The notes under the pieces: generated by a model | Told to the model about the DNA's origin: nothing | What the model saw: the letters and a program-made list of their open reading frames with translations, nothing else | The model's database searches: none | Assembly: GCA_964016885.1 (NCBI GenBank) | Contig: OZ024742.1 | Location: 238,824,001-238,888,000, forward strand | Source: Eledone cirrhosa | Lineage: Eukaryota | Direction of reading: 5' to 3' | Length of the DNA stretch: 64,000 nt | Shown here: positions 1 through 25,479 of the stretch, in pieces | Layout: the number at the start of each line of letters is the position of its first letter | Numbering within the stretch: the first letter of the stretch is position 1 | Program-made: the position numbers and the translations under genes

Positions 1-1837
1 ACCCCCAAGAGATATGTGAAATACTGAACGAACAGTACAAAAGTGTGTTCACATGTCCACTGAGGCACATGCAAATAACGAAGCCAGAGGAGTTCTTTGA
101 TGCCACAACACTACATCAAGAAATGGCAACCATCAACCACATAGACATAACGGAGGAGGATGTGGTGTACGCCATTGATGAAATTAGAACAGACTCGGCT
201 GCTGGACCTGATGGATTCCCAGCAGTTCTCTTAAAAATATGTAAGCGGGCCTTAGCAACTCCACTGAAGATGCTCTTCAGAAGCTCCTTGGCTAGCGGTG
301 TACTACCCAGGGAGCTGAAAGAAGGCACAATATGCCCTATCCATAAAGGAGGTAGTAGAGCGGAGGCCAAGAACTATAGACCAGTCTCCCTGACGTCACA
401 TATCAGTAAGGTCATGGAGCGAATCGTCAGAAAGAAACTAATCACTTTCCTTGAAGAAAATGACCGCCTGACTAGCACGCAACATGGCTTCCGCCCAGGA
501 AGCTGCCTTACACAGCTGCTACATCACTACGACTGGGTACTGAGACAACTACTAGACAGCTCACATGTGGACGTGATATATCTTAACTTTGCGAAGGCCT
601 TTGACAAGGTCGACCACGGAATGATATGTCACAAACTACACGGACTCGGCATAACTGGAAAAGTAGGTGAGTGGCTGCATGGCTTCCTAAGGGACAGAAG
701 CCAGGCAGTCGCAGCAAATGGGGCCCTCTCGAGGGAAAAACCGATAACAAGTGGGGTGCCCCAGGGGACAGTCCTGGGACCACTACTGTTTTTGGTGGCT
801 CTCTCGGACATGCCCTCTGTGGTGCATGCAACAACATCCCTCACTAGCTATGCTGATGACACTAAGGTAGCACAGGCAATCAAAAACCCGGCTGACGCTG
901 CCCTTTTACAGCAGGATCTGGATGCCATATACAGATGGGCGGAAGAAAACAACATGCGGTTTAATGCTGGCAAATTCCAAGCCCTACAATACAGACCTGC
1001 AAACACAAATATAGTGGAACACAGCTACACAGGACAGGAGGAACCGATATCCCCGTGTCAAAATCGATACGAGACCTGGGCATAGACATGAGCGATGATG
1101 CATCTTTTTCTTCACACATCATGAAAGTGGCGACAATGTGCAGACGACTCGCTGGCTGGATCTTGAGGACTTTCCAGACAAGAGATCGAGACACCATGTT
1201 GACACTGTGGAGGACTTTTGTCCTAAGCCGCCTGGACTACTGCTCCCAGTTGTGGTCACCCCATAGTATCAAACTAACCACGGAGCTTGAGGCAATCCAG
1301 CGAAGCTACACCAAGAGGATAGCCAAGATGAGGGAGACAAGCTACTGGGAGAGGCTAAAGGAACTGAACCTCTACTCCTTGGAGCGAAGACGGGAGAGAT
1401 ACGCAGTGATCTACATGTGTAAAATCCGGGAGGGGACTAGCACCAAACTTTGGCATTGGGAGCTGGACCAACCGTCGAACAGGACGTCACTGTGTGGTGG
1501 CAAAGGTCCCGTCTTCCACATCTAGAATAAGGAGCAGGTATTGCAATAGCCTGGGATTCAAGGGCCCTCAACTCTTCAACAGGCTGCCGAGGCATCTGAG
1601 AGACTTGCATGATGTGGAGGTGGGTGTCTTTAAGAAAACATCTCGACACCTTGTTATCCAGGATCCCGGATGAGCCCACAGCAAGACACGAGGGAAACCT
1701 AAGGGCAGCAGCAACAAACTCCCTCTTACACCAGTGGCCATCCTATACAGGCTGGAGATAAAATGTGTAGCAACAAGGGCGGTGCCCCAGCATGGCCTCA
1801 GCCAGATGGCTGAAAACAGGTAAAAGAGTAAAAGAAT
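1..1837 (+). mobile_element. CR1/L2-group LINE, 3' part (RT domain, frameshifted)
   Basis: ORF 45..1085 has RT motifs GPDG, YRPVSLTS, QHGFRPG, GVPQGTVLGPLLF and YADD. It continues in 1055..1525 (SRLDYCSQLWSP, LYSLERRRERY). The element ends GTAAAAGAGTAAAAGAATA just before the microsatellite. Confidence 0.88.
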
Positions 1838-11085
<9,248 letters not shown>

Positions 11086-11250
11086 TTGGTGTTAGGAAGG
11101 GCATCCAGCTGTAGAAATCAAGCCAGATCAGTTCCTGTATGAGCAAGGCATGGTCAGCCGACCAGACACTGCCCACAACAGGACAACCCGTCTAACCCAT
11201 GCTAGCGTGGAAGAACGGACGTAAAACGGTGATGATGATGATGATGATGA
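11086..11250 (+). mobile_element. Heavily 5'-truncated RTE 3' tail with (GAT)n end
   Basis: Near-identical to the reverse complement of 18205-18320 and ends GGACGTAAAACGGT(GAT)n. Confidence 0.85.
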
Positions 11251-11570
11251 CACACATATATATACACATATATATATACACATATATATATATATACATA
11301 TATATATATACATACATATATATATATACATATAAACAATATATTGAGAAACCCACAGATACATGCGGACACACACATATACATCAATATATCCACATCC
11401 ATCCTTGAGTTAATGGTGCCAACCTTAACCGATGTTGCTCTATGAATAACTGGGACAAACCAATCCGAATGGATTAGACTGAACCAGTATCAGAGCTAAA
11501 AGTACATTATGAAGAGAGAAGAAACATTTAGATATAATTAGTAATAAGATGTATCATACCTACACTGCTT

Positions 11571-11634
11571 CTAGATTCCTCGACTACGTAGTTTCGTGGC
11601 ATAAACAAAAACAATACATCATAGAGATATAGAG
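11571..11634 (-). ncRNA. Degenerate hammerhead-like motif in a unique island between microsatellites
   Basis: The minus strand reads TCTA.TA.TCTC tatgatg ... C GAAA CTACGTAG T C GAGG AATC TAGA. Palindromic stem III and stem I are present, but the CUGANGA core is damaged. Confidence 0.45.
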
Positions 11635-11751
11635 CCTTTGCGAGGTCTGCCGACTTATCAAGAGGATACCTCGTTTTAATAGCCTCAAGAACGCGTCTAT
11701 ATGATGTGAGAAAGAATTCCAAAAGGCGGAGGGGAGACAGTCACGTGATAC

Positions 11752-15471
<3,720 letters not shown>

Positions 15472-15570
15472 AGTAATAATAACATTGAAGACTAAAATCC
15501 AAAGAGGGCTCGATAAGGAAAATATATATCAAATATATAAGAACCGTAGAGCAAATATTTATTAAAATAA

Positions 15571-15644
15571 CAGATTAAAGTTTAAGCAAAGAATCACTGC
15601 TTTCACCCTTAACGGGATCTTCTGAAACTAACAAAGTCAATCTG
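15571..15644 (-). ncRNA. Type-I hammerhead ribozyme fold, variant core CAGAAGA
   Basis: CAGATTGA-ctttgtt-AGTTT CAGAAGA t CCC gttaa GGG t GAA AGCA gtgattctt TGCT T AAACT TTAATCTG. Stem I is bipartite (5+8 bp), stem II is 3 bp and stem III is 4 bp. Confidence 0.75.
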
Positions 15645-15720
15645 TAAACGCAGAACTGGATATTTCAAAAAAACGTTGCAACCGGAGGAAGACAGGAAGA
15701 CGATACTTTGGTTCGTGGAA

Positions 15721-15990
15721 ACGTTCGCTGGCAAAGAACGGGAAAAAACGAATAATACGTCAATAATAGGAGCGGTGAAAAACCATTACGCGCAAAGACA
15801 GAACCACGTTTATGGTATAAAAGAGGTCGTAGACTAATGTTCTCTTAGGTGGTGCATAGAGACGTTCTCTGGCAATAAACGAAAAAACGAAGATAATAAG
15901 TCATATGTGGAGCGTGGAGAACAATAGCACGCAAAGACAAAACCACGTAAATGGTATAGCAGAAGTCGTAGACAAAATTCTAACTAGGAG
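15721..15990. repeat. Diverged ~140-bp tandem duplication in the PLE 3' UTR
   Basis: ACGTTC.CTGGCAA...CGCAAAGACA.AACCACGT..ATGGTATA..AGA.GTCGTAGAC occurs at 15721 and again at ~15862. Confidence 0.8.
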
Positions 15991-16562
15991 ACCAAATGAA
16001 TCTCCGCTACAGAGTTAAGAACAAAGTAAATAAATACAATACAGAAGTAATAGAAACAAATAAATACATACACGCAAACAGGTACGTACATACACAAGCA
16101 TACGCAAAACCTTACCATAGGTATACAAAACCACGCACATATAAATATGTGAGTGTGTGTATGCGTGTATACAAATAAATAAATAATTATATAAACGTAT
16201 ATATATAAATGAATACGTCTATAACAAGCGCACACACATACCTACATGTAAATACACGAATGTTCGGAGACGCAAGTCAACCAAAACATGAAGTACACAT
16301 ATACACACACCCTACATACGTACGAACCTGCATACTCGCGCAGACGCAAAACTCCCGAATACACATAGCCAAACCATATGTACCAGAATATATAAAAATA
16401 TACGCCATAACATAAACAATCAAATACACATACGAGAAGGTATGCGTACCTTCACAAAACATACGGGTAATATATACTTACCTATGCAAATAAGTAATGG
16501 TATAAATAGAACATATACTTAGCTCCCACATCAAGACGTAAAATATCCACGTATAGATCGTA

Positions 16563-17660
16563 CTATCCGTTAGGGTATAACGTGGGGCTGTAATACAGGA
16601 AAGTTTTGTGCAATTTATGTTTACAAGCCGAAATTGCCTCAGATTTTTTGTTTAAGATGTGGTCTGTGGCGTAGAGTATTTCCAGGGCCTCAGCGGCGCA
16701 GAGGTCACATGGTCTTTTATTTCCGTTATACGATCTAGCCCTAGCTAGGATCTCCCAGTGTAACTTATATTGGGTGTGGTTGTCTTTTCGACTCCAGATA
16801 TAAGCTGCAATTGACGTCATATTCCTTCTTAGAGGGTAACGAAAAGAATGGGTATGCATGTAAAGACGCTGCTTGAAACTATTGGCGGTTAACCCTATGT
16901 AGGCCCTACGGGACGTGGGTGTTACAACCTTACATTTGTAGACAATGTTACTAGAGAGGCATTTCCCGGATAGGGGGCAATCAGCCCGATTCCTACAATT
17001 ACAGTTAGTACTAACTACAGGGTTGCACGTGTTCCTATGGCTAGGTAGTTTAGCTAAATTTGAGGCTGTGATGTTATGTGCAAGGTTAGGAGTCGTAGAG
17101 TAAGAAATTTTAATAGTATTTCTATTAAAAATTTTACTATATTTATGTGTAGGGGGAAAATGCTTCGTAATAAGGGAAAGAAAGATCTTAGCTAATGGTG
17201 TGGCCACCTCCATATTATATGGTGGGTTAAACCAACAAATGCGACTGGATCTATTTCTTCTAGGTCTATTTTCGTACTCTGTATATGCTACCTTATCGAC
17301 AAATCCACTTCGAGCAAGAGCTTTATTGTAATAAGTGGAATGGTCGTTGAAAATGCGCTCGTTGGTGGAAAGACGGGAAAGCCTCAATGAAACGTTTCTT
17401 ACCAGGTTCTTGGTTATGCTGGCAGGATGGTTGGAATGCTTACTTATGTAATTAAGCGTATCATTCGGCTTTCTATACGGGTAATACAACCCATTCAATA
17501 AATTGAGGGTAACGTCGAGGTAATTAACGACCGAGAGATTGGCCTCAACCTGTATAGAGAGGTTGAAGCCTTTAAAGAAGGCTGTGAGTTCTTTTCTGAA
17601 CCTGTCGCAAGCACGAGGTCCACACTTAGTCATGGTCAAAAGACCATCGTCACGGTACAA
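16563..17660 (-). CDS. PLE RT thumb plus GIY-YIG endonuclease (partial, uninterrupted 365 aa)
   Basis: Motifs as listed for the element. The frame starts at the YRDD catalytic motif because the element is 5'-truncated. Confidence 0.85.
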   Translation of the reverse strand: MYRDDGLLTMTKCGPRACDRFRKELTAFFKGFNLSIQVEANLSVVNYLDVTLNLLNGLYYPYRKPNDTLNYISKHSNHPASITKNLVRNVSLRLSRLSTNERIFNDHSTYYNKALARSGFVDKVAYTEYENRPRRNRSSRICWFNPPYNMEVATPLAKIFLSLITKHFPPTHKYSKIFNRNTIKISYSTTPNLAHNITASNLAKLPSHRNTCNPVVSTNCNCRNRADCPLSGKCLSSNIVYKCKVVTPTSRRAYIGLTANSFKQRLYMHTHSFRYPLRRNMTSIAAYIWSRKDNHTQYKLHWEILARARSYNGNKRPCDLCAAEALEILYATDHILNKKSEAISACKHKLHKTFLYYSPTLYPNG

Positions 17661-17782
17661 ACCACCGCCCGTCGGTTGAGCACTCTACTGACTTATATTC
17701 ATCATGCAGAAACAACATCTGAATATTTCTACAAAGAACATACCCGTACCAAGCAGGAAAACATACCTAAAACTCCTGATAC

Positions 17783-18205
17783 ACCAATCTCTGGGAGGGC
17801 TCTGTAGAAACAGTAGACAGCTTCTGCTACCTAGGTGACCGAATTAGCAGCGGAGGTGGGTGTTCAGAAAGTACAATAACTAGGGTAAGAACGGGATGGA
17901 AGAAGTTTAGGCAACTACTACCACTGCTAGCTGCAAAAGGCTTCTCCCTCAGAATGAAAGGCAGACTGTATGATGCGTGTATCCGAACAGGAATGTTGCA
18001 TGGTAGTGAAGGTGGAAGACTTACGTAGATTAGAGAGAAATGAAGCCTGCATGCTCCGATGGATGTGTAACAGTAATATACGTTAAAGACAAAGCATAAA
18101 TGAATTGAGAGAGAGACTGAGCATAAGAGGAATCAAATGCTGTGTGCAGGAGAGGCGGTTGCGCTGGTATGGACATGTGATGCGTATGAAGGATGACAGC
18201 TGCAT
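17783..18205 (+). mobile_element. RTE ORF 3' fragment, inverted relative to the adjacent RTE
   Basis: Reverse complement of ~18640-19015, with different small deletions. Confidence 0.85.
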
Positions 18206-21113
18206 GGGTTAGACGGGTTGTCCTGTTGTGGGCAGTGTCTGGTCGGCTGACCATGCCTTGCTCATACAGGAACTGATTTGGCTTGATTTCTACAGCTGGA
18301 TGCCCTTCCTAACACCAACCTCATTTACAGTGAGTGCTGGGTGCTTTTCCGTGGCGCCTACACGTCCACTTTACAGTGTGGGCTGGGTGCTTTTTTGCCA
18401 TGGCACCTCCACGACCACCTTGCGGTGGGGGGTGTGGGGGCATATTGTCTATATGCTTCAGCTTGTACCCATGGGAGGTCGGGTACTCTGTATTACTATG
18501 TGACGCCAGAGTGGTCGTGTGTCATTGCCTTTGAGAGGTGTAATTGGGTAAGGTCGGCTTTTATCACCTCATCCCAGGTCATCTTGGGTCTCCCCACTCC
18601 GCCGTTTCCATCGACTTCTAGTGCTCTGCACCTTTTTATGCAGCTGTCATCCTTCATACGCATCACATGTCCATACCAGCGCAACCGCCTCTCCTGCACA
18701 CAGCATTTGATTCCTCTTATGCTCAGTCTCTCTCTCAATTCATTTATGCTTCTAATCTACGTAAGTCTTCCACCTTCAGCGCCCAGGTGTCACTACCATG
18801 CAACATTGCTGTTCGGATACACGCATCATACAGTCTGCCTTTCATTCTGAGGGAGAAGCCTTTTGCAGCTAGCAGTGGTAGTAGTTCCCTAAACTTCTTC
18901 CATCCCGTTCTTACCCTAGTTATTGTACTTTCTGAACACCCACCTCCGCTGCTAATTCGGTCACCTAGGTAGCAGAAGCTGTCTACTGTTTTTACAGAGC
19001 CCTCCCAGAGATTGGTGGTACTTGTTTCCTGTGGCTGTTTGCTGCTTGCTATCCCAGCACAGCTGCTGCATGTGAAGCCTACATTCTTAATTAAGCTTCC
19101 TGAGATCCCGCTACATCTCTTGTGTACCCATTGTTTGCATTTGGGGCAGAGAATGGAGTTCCTACCTACACCTTTCCTACATACTGAGCAACGCCATTTC
19201 CCTGAGGGGATCTGGGTTCTGTTTTCTCGTCTACTTACAAGGACCTTAGTCTTTGTCATGTTGACTTTGAGACCCTTTCTTTCTAGTCCCTGCTTCCAAG
19301 TTTGGAATTTATTCTCTAGTTCTACCATAGATTCAGCTATAAGTGCGAGGTCATCAGCATACAGGAGTTCCCATGGGCATCCAGTCTTAAACTCCTCCGT
19401 TATTGCCTGCAGGACTATGATGAACAGGAGGGTGTTAAGAACAGAGCCCTGGTGGACCCCAACCTGTACGCTAAATTCCTTGCTATACTCATTGCTAATC
19501 CTAACTTTGCTGACTGCTCCCCTATATATGGCTTGTACCGCTTTCACAAGCCATTCATCTACTCCTAGTTTTCTAAGAGCCCACCAGATTACAGCACGTG
19601 GAACTCTGTCAAGGTCGACAAATGCCAAGTAGAGTGGCTTACTTTTAGCTAGGTACTTTTCCTGTAACTGCCTCACAAGGAAGAGGGCATCAGTGGTGCC
19701 TCTTCCTGGTACAAACCCAAATTGCATCTCGTCTATTTTCACCCGGTCCCTAATCAACTGTGCTATAACTCTTTCTGTTACTTTCATGACCTGGTCCATC
19801 AACTTTATACCTCTATAGTTTCCTCTATCTAGTGCATCACCTTTACCTTTGTAGCAGTTGACAATGATGCTACTGCACCAATCTTTTGGTATGACACCTT
19901 CTAGTATTACCTGGTTAACAATACGTGTGGTTATAGTTTGACCTACAGACCCAGATACCTTCAGCATCTCGGCAGCTATACCCGATGGACCAGTTGCCTT
20001 CCCCATCTTCATATCTTTGATTGCCTTACTTACTACGTTGCTGCTGACTTGTACTGCTGGCCCCTCTATAGGGTCTACTTGGGGTAGGGTCTCTTCTTCC
20101 CATGCATTCTCTTCATTTAGTAATCTATCATAATGACTCTTCCATGCATCTTTCTTCTCAGCACTTGTGAGGGCAAGCTCACCTTTATCATTCCGGATAC
20201 ACTTCTCTCCAATGACATCACAACTATCTCTGACACACTGCCTCGCAATCTTGAACACCTCCTGTTTCTGGTCCTCATGTTGCAAAACATGCTTGAATTT
20301 TCTATCCTCTGCTTCCCTCCTAGCTAAGTATACTTGTCGCCTAGCTTCCCTCTTGGTCTCTATGTAATGTACCCTGCTCCCCCCGTTCTTCCATTCTTTC
20401 CATGCCTGTCTCTTGGCTTTAACTGCTTCATCTACCTTATTGTTCCATCACCAAGTCACTCTCCTCCTGCTTGAGGTCTTACTCCAGCCACAGACCTCAT
20501 CCGTCACCTCTAGTAAATTAATTTTTAGGAACTCCTAGTTCTCTTCTACATTGAATGTCTCTATCTGTTCTTCTTTACTGCCGTAGGCGTTGAGTAAAAT
20601 ATCTTTAAATCTGTTACTGGTTGAGGGGTCTTTCAGCTTCCAGATCTTTCTTCTCCAGGTTGGCCTCTGTTTCCAGGTTGGTCTAGTTCTGACCGTGAGG
20701 TCGCTGACAACTAAGCTATGTTGGGATGTACATTCCTCACTAGGGAAGGCTTTTGTGTTTACGACCGTCCATTTGTCACGTCCTCTGATGAGGATAAAAT
20801 CTATCTGACTGGAGTGCTCCCCTGATCTATAGGTGATCAGCTAGTTGTCGGGTTTTTTAAAGTTTGTGATGTCATTGGCGTCGCAGAATTCTAGAAGTCT
20901 GAATCCTTCCTCATTTCTTGTGCCAACCCCATGGCCTCCATGTACTCTATTGAAGCCGTCGCAGTGTTTACCTACGTGTCCGTTAAAATCTCCTGCGATG
21001 ATTAGGAAGTCATTGTCGTCTGTTAGAGAAGTGTGTATTAGGGACTCGTAAAACCTATCCTTAAGTTCGTCTGGCAGCCCTGATTGGGGTGCGTAAGCTG
21101 ATATTATTGTGGA
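18205..21113 (-). mobile_element. RTE-clade LINE, 5'-truncated in the APE domain and decayed
   Basis: ORF 18744..20285 has MQFGFVPG, GVHQGSVL, LLYADDL and a Cys-rich insert. The C-terminus (RLRWYGHV, GRPKMTW) is in 18496..18738, and APE remnants extend to 21113. Confidence 0.93.
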
Positions 21114-21114
21114 C

Positions 21115-24100
21115 TCTACAATATAGAAGGTTTATAGGGTTTTGGTGAAGAACAATAGCAGAACGACATACTGACTTATTTAGTTTATTTTATTTTATAT
21201 ATACACCAAATATAAATAAGCCTGTTACGAGGGACAAAACTCAGAATTTGTCAACTCTTATTAATGGTCAGTCCACTGTTCTAAATAATCTTCTCCTTGC
21301 TAACTACCCCATACCCCTCCATCCCGCCCCCAGTCTCCACCTTTATTATTTGGACCAATCACAATCAGAAGTGATAGCCTATGCTATCACTTCTGGTTGC
21401 TTTTCGATATGATGGATGGACTAAGGAATTTCTGGAGAGTCTGAAAAATCTGGACACTCGAAGACAATGCCAAAGATAACGACAAATTCACCTCATGCTG
21501 CCGGACGAAAGGGCAAGGCCCCCCCCCTCCTCTTTGTTGCGGCCGCGGATGGCCAACATAACCCCAACCCCATCCCCTTCACTCCTCCCTGCGCCCCACC
21601 CACCAAACGCAATCCAAAACTTCAGAGTTGGTACCATGAATGTAGGCACCTTAAAAGGCCGCTCTAACGAGCTTGTAGAAATGCTTGAATGTAAGGAGGT
21701 TGATGTTTGTTGTATCCAAGAGACCAGGTGGAGGGGTGGGTCTGCTAGATTCATTGTGGGTAAAAAACGATGCTATAAGCTTTTCTGGGTGGGAAATGAC
21801 AATGGGCTAGGTGGGGTAGGAATCATGTTAGCAGAAAAATGGGTGGATAAGATAATAGACGTAAATAGAGTGAATGACAGAATAATTAAAGTAAGACTTG
21901 TTCTAAATAGAACTACTGTGACAGTAATATCTGCGTACGCGCCCCAATCCGGACTGCCTGGCGCTATAAAAGACAGATTCTACGAGACACTGATGCTCAC
22001 TACCTCCCAAATAACCGACAGTGACTATATAATTATTGCTGGCGACCTAAATGGTTACGTTGGACAACATTGTGATGGCTATGACGGAATCCATGGAGGC
22101 TATGGGTTTGGTACTAGAAATGAGGAAGGCTCCAGAATCCTGGAATTCTGTGATGCAAATAACCTAACTATCTGTAACACTAACTTCAAAAAACGAGACA
22201 ATCACTTGATCACCTACAGATCAGGGGAACATACCAGCTAGGTAGATTATATCCTTACCAGAAGACGTGACAGAGTGTCCGTTGTAAACACTAAATCCCT
22301 CCCCCATGAAGAATGCACCTCCCAACATAGACTGATAATTAGCGACCTCATAGTCAGGACGAGACGTACTAGACAGCAGAAGAGGACTATCCTCAGGAGA
22401 AAAATATGGAAGCTAAAGGACCCCACAGCCAGAAATAAATTTAAAAGCATATTACTTGATGCTTTCGACAGTAAGGAAGAGCATTTAGAGTCGTACAATA
22501 TAGAGGAACAGTGGGAATTCCTGAAAGCAAACCTGCTGATGGCGGCAGACGAAGTCTGTGGCTGGAGCAGGCCTATAGGCAGGAGGAGAGTAACATGGTG
22601 AGTAAGGTGGAGGAGTCAATTAAGGCCAAAAAGCAGGCTTGGAAAGTATGGCAGGATGCGGGAAGTAGAGAAGACTATCAAGTGGCCAGGAGGGAAGCTA
22701 GGAGACAAGTGTACTTCGCAAGAAGGGAAGCAGAGGAAAGAAAGTTCAAGCATGTTCTACAACGCGAGGACCAAAAACGTGAGGTGTTCAGGATTGCTAG
22801 GCAATGTGTCAAGGAAAACCGTGATATTGTCGGGGAGAAGTGTGTACTTAATGATGATGGTGTACTTGTCATCACTGACGCTGATAAGAAGGTAGCTTGG
22901 AAGTGTCACTACGAAAGGCTACTAAATGAGGAGAATAAATGGGAGAAAGACAGTCTCCCCCCCCCCCCCCCCCCATCGACCCAATAGAGGGACCAACAGT
23001 GTTAGTCGAAGGTAGTATAATAAGTAAGGCAATCAAAGATATGAAGACGGGTAAGGCGGCTGGGCCTTCGGACATAGTTGCTGAAATGCTGAAAGCTTCT
23101 GGAACGGTGGGATACACCATGGTCACCCGGATAGTAACCAAGTCATACAGAATGGGGTCGTTCCGAAGGACTGGCGTAGCAGCATCATGATTAACTGCTA
23201 CAAGGGTAAAGGAGATGCCCTAGATAGGGGTAACTATAGAGGCATTAAATTAATCGACCAGGTCATGAAGGTCACGGAAAAAGTAATAGCGCAACTAATC
23301 AGAGAGAGAATTGATCTAGATGAAATGCAGTTCAGGTTTGTGTCAGGCAAAAGTACCACAGACGCTCTTGTCATTGTATGACAACTACAGGAGAAGTACC
23401 TAGCTAAAAGTAAACCCCTATACTTAGCTTTTGTCGACTTGGACAAAGCCTTCGACAGAGTCCCCCGTTCCATTATCTGGTGGGCTCTTAGAAAACTAGG
23501 TGTTGATGAATGGCTTGTGAGAGCTATACAAGCCATGTATAAAGAAACAGTCAGCAAGGTTAGAATTAACAACGAATATAGTGAAGAGTTTAGCGTAAAA
23601 GTTGGTGTTCATCAGGGCTCCGTTCTTAGCCCCCTACTATTTATTATCGCCCTTCAGGCTATAACAGTGGAGTTCAAGACCGGCTGCCCGTGGGAACTCC
23701 TATACGCAGATGATCTAACGCTCATAGATGAATCAATGGCCAAACTAGAGAAGAAATTCCAAATATGGAAGCATTGCCTAGAATCAAAAGGCCTTAAAAT
23801 TAACCTGTCTAAGACTAAAGTTCTAGTTTGTAGGAAGGAAAATAGGGCGCCGGTCCCATCCGGGAAATGGCCATGTTCAGTGTGTAGGAAAGGAGTAGGT
23901 AGAAACTCCATTTTATGTCCCAAATGCAAAGTATGGGTGCATAAAAGATGTAGTGGGATCACAGGTAAGCTAACTAAGAATATAGATTTTATATGTGGCC
24001 AGTGCTCTGGTGCAATAAGTAGCAGCAAGTGCCCACTGAATACTAGCTCATTCCATTGCACAGATGGTTCTATAGAAATAGTGGACAGCTTCCGTTACCT

Positions 24101-25029
24101 GGGTGACAAAATCAGCAGTGGGGGAGGGTGCTCTGAAAGTACAGTAGCTAGAGTCAGAACTGGATGGAAAAAGTTCAGAGAGCTTATACCACTATTAGCT
24201 GCTAAAGGGTTCTCCCTAAAAATGAAAGGCAGGCTGTATGATGCCTGCATACGAACAGCAATGTTGCATGGCAGTGAGACCTGGGCATTGTGTGCAGAGG
24301 ATATACGCAGACTGGAGAGGAACGAAGCTTGCATGCTCCGCTGGATGTGTAATAGTAATATACGTGAACGGCAAAGCATAAACGAAGGGAAAAATTAGAA
24401 ATAAGAGGGATCAGATGTTGTTTACTCGAGAGAAGGCTACGTTGGTATGGTCATGTGATGTGCATGAAAGACGACAGCTGTATAAAAAAGTGCAGGGCAA
24501 TAAAAATAGACGGTAGCCACGAAGTAGGCAGACCCAGAAAAACCTGGGACGACTTGATAAATTCCAACCTCACACACTTACACCTCTCCAAGACAATGTC
24601 ACTGGACCGAGACCCTTGGCGCTACACAGTAATAGAGAAGACCCGCCTTACATAAGTACAAAGTGAAACCTACTACAGTCAGTAGGCACCTCTAACAAAA
24701 TACCCCCCCCCCCCCTCCGTCCCACTCACACCACCCCTTTCAATGTAAAGTTATGTTGGTACCACAACATCCAGCCCGAAACAAATGAGGTCATGTAGGT
24801 GTCACGACAAAAAACACACAGTCCACGCTGTAATGTGGCCGTGTAGGTAACACGGTAAAAACCTCCCAGTTCCACACTGTAAATGTGGTTGGTGTTAGGA
24901 AGGACATCCAGCCATAGAAAACCCGCCAGACAGTATATGCGAGCAAGACAACCACTCTTCCCTCAAGTGGGAAAACTCCCGTCCAAAGCCATGCAAGCGT
25001 GGAATATGGACGTTAAACGATGATGATGA
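21115..25029 (+). mobile_element. Near full-length RTE LINE (APE plus RT) with stops and frameshifts
   Basis: APE in 21495..22241 (GTMNVGTL, IQETRW, SAYAPQ, AGDLNG) and RT in 23439..24398 (YADD). The 3' UTR ends GGACGTTAAAC(GAT)n. The 5' boundary is approximate. Confidence 0.93.
21324..21395 (+). promoter_or_regulatory. Putative RTE internal promoter/5' UTR with GC box, CCAAT box and 13-bp hairpin
   Basis: CCCGCCCCC, then CCAAT, then CAGAAGTGATAGC-ctat-GCTATCACTTCTG, about 100 bp upstream of the APE ORF. Confidence 0.35.
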
Positions 25030-25041
25030 CATATATATATA

Positions 25042-25451
25042 CATGGTGGCCGCCAACTCGTTTTCGAGTACGGCCACTACTTTATATCCATGTAGGAGAA
25101 CCCCTACTGATGCGCTGAACGAGTGTGAATTTTTAGTCCAGCCAGCGACTTGAAAACTCTGGTACAAACACTACACTTGCGACAATTATTGACACATAGT
25201 GCTGGGCCCTTGGTACCATGTGATGACAAGTGCAGAGAGATCTCCAGATATAAAGCAATGCCTGTGCCGTGAAGCTTTTATAGTGAGCAAAGGCACTGCA
25301 CAAAGCCAGTCCCACTCTCTTAACCAAGATGATATTTACCAAAAAGAAGGACAAGTCAACATCATTGGATACCATCAGGGTTGCAGGTGTTATATCAGAG
25401 TTTTCCTTCTCCTAGAATTCTGCCTTGACAAAGGCTAAGGGGTCATCTCTC
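25042..25451 (-). mobile_element. Non-autonomous RTE-derived short element (copy 1, truncated)
   Basis: Near-identical to 27868-28268 and to the reverse complement of 57205-57608. Its last ~180 bp match the 3' end of the LINE at 28644-29720. Confidence 0.85.
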
Positions 25452-25479
25452 TTATATACATACATATATATATATATAT

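Larger units (their letters stand above)
15472..17672 (-). mobile_element. 5'-truncated Penelope-like element (RT C-terminus, GIY-YIG endonuclease, long 3' UTR/pLTR)
   Basis: ORF 16563..17660 has YRDDGL, NYLDVTL, PYRKPN, WFNPPY, CNCR-x4-CPL-x3-C, IVY...AYIGLT and FKQR...H. A hammerhead fold lies near the 3' end. Confidence 0.92.

Noticed and set aside
16563-17660. Selenocysteine-recoded PLE ORF
   Set aside because: I saw no in-frame TGA at conserved Cys positions in the PLE fragments I could read.
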